DNA of 64,000 nucleotides, from positions 350,317 to 414,316 of the forward strand of contig RHPI01002262.1 of NCBI GenBank assembly GCA_009103225.1, written 5' to 3'. Positions 26,001-37,221 of this stretch are shown here, piece by piece (the first letter of the stretch is position 1; each line of letters starts with the position of its first letter). Source of the DNA: Chlorokybus atmophyticus (lineage: Eukaryota > Plantae > Mesostigma and Chlorokybus algae). The position numbers and the translations under genes were made by a program. Below the pieces are notes generated by a model that worked only from the letters and a program-made list of their open reading frames with translations, did no database searches and had not been told where the DNA came from.

Positions 26001-29000
26001 CTTTTAACGCGCTGTAAGCTGCGTTGTCTTTTTTACAACCAGAGCTTTCCAACAAGCTCTCACACGTCTAACATGAGTAAGTATACGGGGAGATACGAAG
26101 CAGTTAGTAAGGCTCTAGTCTGGAGTCTGGAGTCCGGAGTCTGGACCGACGACGCCATCTTGCTAAGTCCGGACCTAGTGCTCGTCCTTACGACCTTCTA
26201 CTCCTGTGTGGAGGGTCGATGCTGATTGTATGTAGGAATGACTCTCAACATTATGGACGCGGCGATACACCTTGTCATCCGCCCACCGATAGTGGCGAGT
26301 GCGTTGACTGACACGATCTTTCTCTCGTGCACTTATATTGGAGGGAAGCTGGCCACTTTGCAGCAAGGAGAGTGATGGCTAGTCCAGCCATATGTCGTGC
26401 CTGGTGTCGGTGGGTGCCAGCTCGATGTCGTCGACTTCAACGTCGACCGTGTCGACGTCCCCTTAGGGGTGTGGTCACTGTGGGGTCGGTAGGCTCAAGA
26501 GCAGGAAACTCTTCCGTTGAGGTGGCGGTGATGTTGATCTGGCTCCCTGATCGTAATGCGACATCAGCAAATATGGCCGCCACAGTGGGAGCTGCTGCTG
26601 CAGGGCCGAGCTCGTGCCGAGCTCCAGTTGCATCGTTGGTACTGCGGTGAGGGTTGCGACTGAGGCCATCGGCGTCCTGGTTGGTGAGGCCGGCGCGGTG
26701 GTCGATCTCGAAGTCATACTCCTGCAACAACAGGGCCCAGCGAGCAAGTTTCCCTGTCAGGTGTAGATAGGTCATCAACCATTTGAGTGGCTGGTGATCG
26801 GTGATCACCTGGAATTGCCGATCAAAGAGGAAAGGTCTGAAGAAGGAGATAGCCCACATTGCAGCGAGGCACTCCCCGTCGTAGCTGCTATAGTTGGCCT
26901 CAGCGCTGTTGTTGCTTCGGCTGGCGTACGACACCACCCGCTCCTTCTTATTCTCATCGTGTTGTACCAGCACAGCCCCCATCCCAAGCTTGCTCCAGTC
27001 GGTGTGGAGGATGAAGGGCTTGTTGTAGTCAGGGCGTTGCAGGATGGGAGCGATGGTGAGCCTGCCCTTTAGCTCCTCAAACGTCTGCTGTTGTGGCTCC
27101 TTCCATGCAAACACCACCTCCTTCTTCAGAAGCTCGTTGAGGGGTCGTGCAATCTTTGCGAAGTCCTTTACGAACCGACGATAGTAGTTGGCAAGGCCCA
27201 AAAAGGCGCGCAGGCGCGTAAGGTCTGTTGGAGCAGGGATAGCCGCCAAGGCCTCCACCTTTGCCTGCTGTACGTACACACCGTGGGGCACAATCATGTG
27301 CCCTAGGTAGGGTACCTTGCGAGCGAAGAAGATGCACTTGTCGGGGTGCACCGTCATCCCCACCCCCTTTAGTCTCTCCAGTACATCCTCAATGTGCTGT
27401 AGGTGCTTTTCGTTGCTGCGGCCGAAGATAAGGATGTCGTCAATATAGCAGCGCACGAAGTCCAGCCCCTTTAAGGCTTTGTCCATGACGCGCTGAAACT
27501 TGGCAGGAGTATTCTTCAGTCGTCCGATGGGCATGACCTTCCACTGGTACAGCTGCCGGTTGCCCCAAAAGAGGTCTTGTGCTTGTCCTCCTCCTTGATG
27601 CAGTGAAAGCGACATGTTTCTCCTTGTGTTGGTGCTCGTTGCCGCTGCTGCTGGTGCTTGCTCTAGATTGCCCCTATTGTTTCTTCTTACATTCCTTCAC
27701 AATGTGCCCCTTCCTTCCACACCAGTCACTGAGGCATGTGAGGTCTTTGTGACGAGGATTGCCCGGCTTGTTGCCCTTGTTCTTCTCTTCATGGTTGCTC
27801 TTCTTCCCGTGCTTGTTGGTGTAGAAGGCCACGGCATCAGCTTGCTCGTCCTTCTTCACAACCCTCTGCTCCACAGTGAGCAGCTTCGGTAGCACATCGT
27901 CCAAAGTCAACTCTGATGATTACGTCTCCAGCAGGGTTGCGACGACCTCGTACTCTGCTGGTAGCCCTGCAACAATGGCCAGCATTACCTCCGTCTGCCC
28001 CATGTTGTGGCCGACGTTGATGAGGTCTGCCCATAGCTCTCTTGCACGTGCAACATACTTCGTAATGGGTTCTGCTGCCTCCTTCCTGAGTGCGCTGAGC
28101 TGCTTGCGTAGATGCAACTTTCTAGCATTGTTCTTGGCTCTGAACACGGCTGATAGCTTTTCCCAAGCTTGTCTACCATCTTCACATGCAGTAAACAGGG
28201 AAAGTGATGCGGTGTGCTGTTCAACACAAGCAAAGAGTGCGCTTCTGCTGAATGCTTTGACCACACAGTGTTTGCTCCTGGTGTTGGTGGTGGTGCTTTG
28301 GGATCAACGTACTTCCACACCTTCTTGTGGATGAGCAAGGCCTTCATCTCCACGCACCATGTGTTGTAGTTGTCGGTGTCCAGCTTTGCAATCTGCCCCT
28401 TGTCGTAGGTCGCCTTCATCTTTGTCGTGCCTGCCTTTACTTGCAGCTGACATCCAATGCTCTGCTACCAACAAGCTACCGTAGTGTATAACTACTATGC
28501 ACACAAGCTAGTCTCACACTCCTCAAGCGTAGTGTGGGCCCATAACCTGTTGAAGGACTAGCATGCACATGTAGCTGAGGCAAGCATGAATGCACAGGGA
28601 GCTACCGCCACCAGAGCATACACAAGTCACATCACATTCACCTATTCCAAGTTGTCCGCTGGTTCTTATACCAGCCAGTTACATACACGTCTACATTTGC
28701 AAGCACTGCGTAACCTATACTCCGCCTTTTAACGCGCTGTAAGCTGCGTTGTCTTTTTTACAACCAGAGCTTTCCAACAAGCTCTCACACGTCTAACATG
28801 AGTAAGTATACGGGGAGATACAAAGCAGTTAGTAAGGCTCTAGTCTGGAGTCTGGAGTCCGGAGTCTGGACCGACGACGCCATCTTGCTAAGTCCGGACC
28901 TAGTGCTCGTCCTTACGACCTTCTACTCCTGTGTGGAGGGTCGATGCTGATTGTATGTAGGAATGACTCTCAACATTATGGACGCGGCGATACACCTTGT

Positions 29001-30129
29001 CATCCGCCCACCGATAGTGGCGAGTGCGTTGACTGACACGATCTTTCTCTCGTGCACTTATATTGGAGGGAAGCTGGCCACTTTGCAGCAAGGAGAGTGA
29101 TGGCTAGTCCAGCCATATGTCGTGCCTGGTGTCGGTGGGTGCCAGCTCGATGTCGTCGACTTCAACGTCGACCGTGTCGACGTCCCCTTAGGGGTGTGGT
29201 CACTGTGGGGTCGGTAGGCTCAAGAGCAGGAAACTCTTCCGTTGAGGTGGCGGTGATGTTGATCTGGCTCCCTGATCGTAATGCGACATCAGCAAATATG
29301 GCCGCCACAGTGGGAGCTGCTGCTGCAGGGCCGAGCTCGTGCCGAGCTCCAGTTGCATCGTTGGTACTGCGGTGAGGGTTGCGACTGAGGCCATCGGCGT
29401 CCTGGTTGGTGAGGCCGGCGCGGTGGTCGATCTCGAAGTCATACTCCTGCAACAACAGGGCCCAGCGAGCAAGTTTCCCTGTCAGGTGTAGATAGGTCAT
29501 CAACCATTTGAGTGGCTGGTGATCGGTGATCACCTGGAATTGCCGATCAAAGAGGAAAGGTCTGAAAAAGGAGATAGCCCACACTGCAGCGAGGCACTCC
29601 CCGTCGTAGCTGCTATAGTTGGCCTCAGCGCTGTTGTTGCTTCGGCTGGCGTACGACACCACCCGCTCCTTCTTATTCTCATCGTGTTGTACCAGCACAG
29701 CCCCCATCCCAAGCTTGCTCCAGTCGGTGTGGAGGATGAAGGGCTTGTTGTAGTCAGGGCGTTGCAGGATGGGAGCGATGGTGAGCCTGCCCTTTAGCTC
29801 CTCAAACGTCTGATGTTGTGGCTCCTTCCATGCAAACACCACCTCCTTCTTCAGAAGCTCGTTGAGGGGTTGTGCAATCTTTGCGAAGTCCTTTACGAAC
29901 CGACGATAGTAGTTGGCAAGGCCCAAAAAGGCGCGCAGGCGCGTAAGGTCTGTTGGAGCAGGGATAGCCGCCAAGGCCTCCACCTTTGCCTGCTGTACGT
30001 ACACACCGTGGGGCACAATCATGTGCCCTAGGTAGGGTACCTTGCGAGCGAAGAAGATGCACTTGTCGGGGTGCACCGTCATCCCCACCCCCTTTAGTCT
30101 CTCCAGTACATCCTCAATGTGCTGTAGGT
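23094..30129 (-). repeat. Tandem array, period 2725 bp: Copia LTR + Gypsy RT/RNaseH fragment + Copia gag fragment. LTRs at 23094-23525, 25823-26250, 28548-28975
   Basis: Equivalent ORFs recur at +2725 (23450/26175/28900). LTRs are TGTTG...CAACA. TTATG lies left of 23094 and right of every LTR. PBS at 25810-25822 and 28535-28547. Confidence 0.92.
26437..27612 (-). pseudogene. Gypsy RT C-half (YIDD) and RNase H; best preserved of three copies
   Basis: VRCYIDDILIF, FLGLANYYRRFVKDFA, FILHTDWSKLGMGAVL, YDGECLAAMWAI, ITDHQPLKWL. Confidence 0.9.
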
Positions 30130-30236
30130 TTGATGGCAATCTGGTTGTACTCTTATCACATGTCTAGGATGCTGAAGACGGTACAGTCTCCTACATCATC
30201 AAAGATATCCTCTGCAGTAGGCATCGGTTCCCTGTT

Positions 30237-30480
30237 TTAAATGGTTTTGTTGTAGAGGGGGCGATAGTCGCCGCACATACGCCGGTCTGTCCAGTTGCCT
30301 GCTGAATCCTTCTTCGGAGGCATGACGGTCGCGGCCGCAAAGTCCGATGTGGACTCCTCAATCAGGCCAGCATCTAGCAGAGCCTTGCACCTCTGCTCCA
30401 CCAAGTCTTCTTCCAACTTGGAGTCAGTACTGTCGTCGAAACACCGGTTCGGTGTCCACCAACTCAATGTCCATCTGGTA
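30237..30480 (-). pseudogene. Gypsy RT N-terminal part
   Basis: LLDAGLIEESTSDFAAATVMPPKKD...DRRMCGDYRPL. Confidence 0.85.
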
Positions 30481-30789
30481 AACTGAGCAAATGCCTAGTT
30501 CCTTCATGCTGAAGCTGAACTAACTCCTCCACTTGTTGAGGAGAGCCTCAAGTTGTTCTCGCATTTGGTCTGTAGCCACTGGTCTCATGGCATGGGACCA
30601 AGAGGTAGCGTTGGCGACTACCGGGATGTTCTCCACAGTGACTGCTGCCTGCTCCTCCATAGGGGCGGTGTGTGCCGCTTTGGTCTCTTGCACGCAATCA
30701 GCCCCCCCCNGTGTTCAAGACCCTGGAAGGACACATGGCGGTCCTGGAGAGGAAAGCATATTTCCAATAACCATACCATGCTGTTCTTG

Positions 30790-32240
30790 TCCACGACGCG
30801 TCCCAACAGCTGACATTACTGACTGTCGGTCAGCATGGACCCTGTGATACTGCCTAGAGAGAATCCCATGGCGCGTTCGCGCTCACATGCGTTGGGTTCC
30901 TCCAGTTGGCCTGTGTTGGAATCCAACACCATGCCTTCCCCGTAGTTGCGGAAGGCGTATGATTCTGGGTAAGATACCAGAGTGGGGAGCACACGATGTG
31001 GTTGACCAGGCTGGTTGCACTGGTAGAAGTGCTGGTAATCGTGTCGGGTGATTGGTTGTGCTTTGCGCCAAGGGTTCAGGATAGCGTTAACGATGAGATC
31101 GCACGAATGACTGCTATGCAAAAATGCAGCAGCGAAGAGATCCTCGACTGTAGCCAGGTTGGTCCACTTTGTGCGGACGCAATGAGCACGAGAGCCATGC
31201 CGCGCTGCGTTGATTTTGAGAGGATGTCCTGTTGAGATGGACGATGAGAAGCCTACACATACACATGTGTACACGCCAACATCAACACCAACATGAGGAA
31301 ACCATGCACTACAGGACCTTAGCATATGCACATGCTACATCGTGACTAGTGACTCTACACCAACAAGAGTGTTTCAGAGTGTACAAGTCCGGGCTTTTAT
31401 ACCCGCCAGCTACACATGCTTCTACTCTAGAAGCTACTGCGTCTAGCACACTCAACCTTAACCTGCGCTCTAAGTGCTCCACGTAGCTAACTTCAAGAGC
31501 TTTCCAACATGCCGCCATACGTGCCATATGGCCAAGTAACCACCGAGCTGTCATCATTCTTCTAACCACGCCTGAGTCTTCCAAATTCATGTCCGCGACG
31601 CGCCTGGAACCTTCTCTCAACTCATGTCCGCGCCTGGATATTCTCAAGTCTTCGCCTGGAACCTTCTGGCGGCTATTCCTATGTAGAGGGCAAGCTGACC
31701 GACTGACCTGAATGTAGGAATATCTTCAACATGTCCCAGCAAGGAACACACCTACCGAAAACTGTTGGCCGTGTGTTGGCGCTTATCGTCCTTAGAGTGC
31801 ACATTTCCGATGATGTATCCCGGAGGCCTGGACAGCTGGTTGCTTTGCAGGATTTTGAGTTTAATGATACGCATCAGTTTTGAGAACAGATTCGAGCGAG
31901 GATCCGCGAGTCCTTGGCCTTTGCTTGCTCTGGAGTGTCCTTGACACTGCCATCCTGCTCTCAGCAGGTCGATGTTGCCCACCGCCAAGAGGTGATCTGT
32001 CGTGATTAACCGGATGTCCTGTGGCAGTGCCTTCAGACTGCCTTGCAGTGCCGATAGCGGCAGTCGCTGCGGGTAGCATTTGTGTAGGTGGCGCAGGTAA
32101 TGGCTCAGCGTAACCTGTGCGTGTGGCTCAGGGTCACAGTAGAAGTACTTGGTGACCGTCGCGCCGGTGTTGAGGACAGCGGCGAGGCCACTGCCTATTC
32201 CTCCAAATAGTTCCAACACAGTGATGCCTTGTTGTCGACG
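30790..32240 (-). pseudogene. C5-cytosine DNA methyltransferase domain (Dnmt3-like) inside Gypsy pol, split by a solo LTR
   Basis: Motif I ITVLELFGGIGSG; motif IV IDLLRAGWQCQGHS; GLADPRSNLF; motif VI-like YIIGNV; motif VIII GHPLKINAARHGSRAHCVRTKWTNL after LTR removal; motif IX/X ERERAMGF...LLGRVVD. Confidence 0.88.
31230..31731 (-). mobile_element. Copia-type solo LTR (502 bp) with 5-bp TSD TGTCC
   Basis: TGTTG...CAACA termini. TGTCC at 31225-31229 and 31732-31736. Shares the AGAAGGTTCCAGGCGCG motif with the 34.5-44.4 kb Copia LTRs. Confidence 0.88.
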
Positions 32241-32605
32241 GAATACGTGAAACTCCACTACTCCAGTAGCCACCTGGTGTTGCTCCTGGATTGCAGCTTG
32301 GTCCTTGTAGGGAGTGAACCGTGAAGTGAGCTTTAGTTCAGTCAGTACTAGATGTGCGACCACATGTGCGCGCCAGCGGTGTTCCGCTGGTTTCGGGTGG
32401 GCCACTTCTTCAAGGGCATCTTCCTGAGACTCGTTGTATGGGATAGGAGAGTCTTGGTCAGAGTTGTGGGTGACCACCGCAGATGATCTGTCAATGGTTG
32501 TCGAACCCGACCTGTGGGTGGCTGTCGCAGCTGATCTGTTAGTGGTTGTTGACAACAACCTGTAGGTGGCTGTTGCAGCTGACCTTCGGTGAGAGCGAGT
32601 GCGAG

Positions 32606-33034
32606 CTACCAGCTCGAGAGGCAGATATCCTTGAACCTCTCCATCCTCTTCATCCCAATGAGGACGAAACCATGCCTTCTCTGTCCAGCAGTCCCCATGC
32701 CAATAGGGAAGTTGAAGTCCTGTCTCAGCAACAGGTCGAAGAATCCTGCGTCGGTGACCACACACTTCTGTATGACCTCGGTGCTGTGGGAAGGGTCCAC
32801 TCCTGTCAAGCGAATGCAGAGGGCTTGCTTGATGATGCCAATCACCTTGTCACGGCTGTCGGTTGCTGTGTCGAGTACGTATGGGCACGACATCAGCTCA
32901 GCGCTGGTGATGCCAAGGTCACGCGCGAGGTACCCGGGCCGTCCAATAATGACAGGCTGGGCTCCGGAGTCTAGCATCACCCGCTTGGGTGCTCGTCCAT
33001 TGATAGTGACATGCTTGCCTTGGTTGGCGATCAT
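32606..33034 (-). pseudogene. Retroviral-type aspartic protease of the DNMT-Gypsy
   Basis: RVMLDSGAQPVIIG (DSG) and the distal FDLLLRQDF flap-like motif. Confidence 0.8.
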
Positions 33035-36000
33035 GGCTGCGTTGGTGTGGATGCGCAGCCGCTTGAAGCGTTGATAGCGTGTGCGTGGGGTGTCTGCTGC
33101 TGCAGTCTCCTCCAGTGGTGTCGAGCGCAGTGCGGCAAGTGCCCCTCGACCAGCTAGGTCTTGAGCACCTCCTTGACCGCGGCCTGGCCCGAACCATCCT
33201 TGTCTTGGCTGTTAATAAACACGTTGTGGCCTGCGTGCTTGAGGTGCTGCCTGTGGCTGCTTTGGTTGTGGCGCAAAGGGGATTGCGTCTCCGTGTGGCC
33301 GGGGTCATTCATGGCGGCGTAGCTAGTGGCTGTTGGGGAAACCCTGGAGGACCGGGTGTTTGTGGGCCCGCCTCCCGTGCAGCCTGCTCTTCCACACAAG
33401 TCTAGCGTACTGCATGAGCTGCCTCCCTGATCAGTGTACCTTCCCGTGTGGCTGTTAGGTTGTTGACCACGTCACTCCAGCGGTGATTCTGAGGCATGGG
33501 CTGGAGTTACACTGCGCGCAAGAGTTGCGCTCTTATGTCGTGGGTGATGGTAGGAATCTTAGGATCCCTGCCATGTAGGCATCCCATCTGCCATTAACCA
33601 CCCCCACTTCCAGCACCGTTGTTGCTCGTGCCCGCACAGTGAGGTAAATCTTTGGCTGTTGAACATGCTGCTCATAAGCAGCTGCGATGCGTCTGCGTTG
33701 CCGCGCTCCTTCCACCCCTGACAACCTCAGTATGGCCTCTTGCGCTCCTTTTAAGGCATTAGTGGCTGCCGAGGCAACATCGTCATAGGCTTGCCGTAGC
33801 GAGCGTAGGAAGGCGTCCAACCAAAACAATTTGGTGCCGAATGCAAACAGGGGTCCGCGCGGTGATTGGCAACTAGCCAAGTCACTAGTCGTGCTCGAGC
33901 TGCATTACCACCTTCTCGCATCCCCAACATCCGTCTCAGGCCGATGCCTTCTTGTCGGTGCAGCATGGTTGCTTGTCGCAACGGGGCAGTGCGAAGTTGC
34001 TGTTCTCCAATTGAACCTGCTCCATCTCGTTGTGTCCACCCTTGCGGTGTGAGGTAGCCTCTTCCTGAATCCCGCTGATCGTCAGGCAAGTCTTCCAACA
34101 AGGCGGGTAGCAGCGGGGCGATCACCCCCCTGTTTTGTTGGGCCAGCGCCCTTGTCTAATGAATGTCGGGCCCACCGACGAGGGGTGTCGTGCTGGATGA
34201 TGGGCCGGCGATTGTGGGTTGAAGAACGCCAGCGCGAGCATTGGCAAGGGCGCTCGTGCATTGATTGCTGCCGCTTGGTCCTGCCGCCAGGTGAACGCCT
34301 GTTGCAGCGCGGTGTAGCGCTCATGAAGTCGAACGGTATTGAGGGGCCTCATGCTGCGTTGTCACCTAGAGGCATGTCGGCTGTATCAGCGACGTGCTGC
34401 TGTATATTGGGTTGCCGGTCCCAATACGTGTCCAGCGGGCTTGGCTTAAAGGGTGCTTGACGGACTGGTGCGGGCTGTCGTGGCGCAGTCTTGATGTTGT
34501 TATGCAAAGTCCAAAACAGCTGTAGTGCCAACTCCAGCACAGCAGGTGTTTTGTGTTGAGGATATTTCTATATCCGGTCAGCCTTGCCCTTCACATAGGC
34601 ATAGGCGTCAACTCCAAAGGTTTGGCCGCCAGAAGGTTCCAGGCGCGATTTCCAGGCGCGTAGAAGAACACTCATAACTCGGTTATTGCACCGATTGGCG
34701 CGTGGCTTAGCTTGTTAGAAAGGTCTTGAAGTTAGCTACGTCATGCGCTTAAGTTCATGATGATAGGTGACGTGTAGCGTACACAGTTGCTTCTAAATTA
34801 GACAGGTGTATCTGCAGCGGGTATAAAAGCCCATGCTTGAGTTGTGATCAAGTAAAAGTGTTGCTCCTGTGTATGCTCTCGCGGCTGTAGAGTTGTGTGT
34901 GTGCATGTCCAGCATCAGCCTTAGCTACATGTGTTGCTAGCTTCTTCAACAGTTATGGGCCCACACCACGTGTTAAGGGTGATAGAAGCAGACATTTGTA
35001 GTACTACACCACGGTAGCTTGTGAGTAGCAGAGTCTTAGGTGCCAACTGCCAGAGAGGAGCAGGCGCGGCAAAGATGGAGACTAGCTACGACAAGGGGTT
35101 GATCGCAAAGTTGGACATCGCCAACTACAGCACATGGTGTGTGGAGATGAAGGCGCTTCTCATCCACAAGAAGATGTGGAAGTACGTGGATCCGATGGCA
35201 CCACTACTGATACTAGGGGAGAATACTGTGTGGTCTGAGCGTTCAGCAGAAGCACACGCTTTGCTTGTGTTGAATTGCAAACCGCATCACTTTCCCATGC
35301 TCACCGCATGTGAAGATAGGAGGCAGGCTTGGGAGAAGCTTGCATCCGTGTTCCAGGCCAAGAACAACGCCAGAAAGCTTACGCTTCGCAAGCAGCTGAG
35401 TGCGCTCAAGAAGGAGGGTGGCGAACCCATCACCAAGTATGTTGCGCGTGCAAGAGAGCTGTGGGCGGACCTCAACAACGTCGGCCATCAGATGGGAGAG
35501 ACGGAGGTCGTATTAACTATCATGGCAGGACTACCAGCAGAGTTTGAAGTCGTCACCACTCTGCTAGAGACATCGTCATCGGAGCTAACCCTGGACAATG
35601 TGTTGCCCAAGTTACTGAGTGTGGAGCAACGTGTGATGAAGAAGGACGAGCACGCCGACGCTGTCGCCTTCTACACGAACAAGAAGAAACCCTACAACTA
35701 TGAAGAGAAGAACAAAGGCAGAGGTGGCAACCTCAACAGGCATAAGAACCTCACGTGCAACTACTGTGGCTTCAAGGGTCACATCTTAAAAGACTGTCGC
35801 AAGCGCCAACGAGAGCAAGGAGCGAACACCAGCACCACCAGCAATGGCAACGACCAACGCAAGAAGAAGAACGTTGCCTTCATTGCATCAAGGGAGATGT
35901 CTACCACATCATGGGCGATAGACTCTGGATGCAACCAGCACCTGACACCACACATGGAGGTCATGGAGAACTACAGGAAGCTGCAAACCACAAGGAAGGT

Positions 36001-37221
36001 GGACGGCTTCAGTGGTCATATGCTGGAGGCTGTAGGCGTGGGTGAATTGCGGCTCAATTGCAAGGTCGGTGATGGTGTAAGAGAGGTCTTGCTGAGACAA
36101 GTTCTGCACGTTCCTAGGGCTGCTGCTAGTCTATTCTCTGTGAGGGTTGCTGAGCGCGTGGGAGCTAAGATCATCATCCGGGAGGGTCGATGCTCTGTGC
36201 TCATGGATGGGGTCGTGCATATGGTTGGCATCGCGCAAGGAGGGCTCTACATCGTGGAGCAGCCTCATAGCATCAAGGCCAACGTGGTGACGGAGGAGGA
36301 AACGGCTGAACTTTGGCATAGGAGGTTCGGGCATCTTGGCTACAACAACCTCACACGCCTGGTGGCTGAAGACATGGTCAAGGGCATCCACGTCAGCAAG
36401 GAAGACTTTCAGGCGTCTTCAGGTGTACTGTGTGAACCCTGTGTCATGGCCAAGCAGCATAAGATGCCATTCCCGTCATCTTCTTCTAGCAGTCAACATC
36501 CAGGCGAGTTGGTACACATGGATGTTTGCGGGCCTATGCGCGTTGTGGCGGAGGGAGGGGTAAGGTACTTTGCAACTTTCCTCGACAACCACAGCAAGCT
36601 GTCCATCATCTACCCTTTTTCTCTGAAGTCGGAAGTTGAAGGAGCTGTGCGCAACGTCGTGGCATTGCTAGAGACACAATCAGGCAAGAAGATGAAGGCA
36701 ATGCGCAGTGATTGAGGAAGGGAGTACTTCAACGCCCAGCTCAAGGACTTTTTCGCCAGCAAAGGCATAAGGCATGAGACAACGGCGCCCTACACTCCAC
36801 AGCAAAACGGAGCGGCTGAACGCCTTAACCGGACCTTGTTGGAGCGTGTGCGGGCTATGCTCAACGATTGCAAGATGGAGGACTCTTTGTGGAAGGAGGC
36901 AGTCCTCACTGCCAACTACATCCGCAATCGGTCACCTGTGAGCTCTGATCAGAAGACACCGTGGGAGCTCTTCTATGGAGCTGCACCAGATGTGAGTGGT
37001 ATGCGTGTGTTTGGTTGCACAGCATACGCACTAGTGTCAAAGCAGCTACGGCACAAGTTGGAGCCAGTCAGCAAGAAGGGAGTCTTTGTTGGCTACAAAC
37101 CAGGCTCAAAGGCGTACAGGGTCTTGATGGACGAGAACCACAAGGTCAGCGTCAGTAGAGAGGTGGTGTTCCACGAGGGGTCACTACCAGAAGCGGGCTT
37201 CTTTCCAAAGGATGAAGATGA

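Noticed and set aside
30701-30710. Frame disruption at a C-run ending in N
   Set aside because: An ambiguous base at 30710 in a homopolymer; the local frame cannot be trusted.
30790-32240. Functional host or bacterial restriction-modification methyltransferase
   Set aside because: Embedded between retroelement protease and RT, intronless, disrupted, and with no endonuclease partner.
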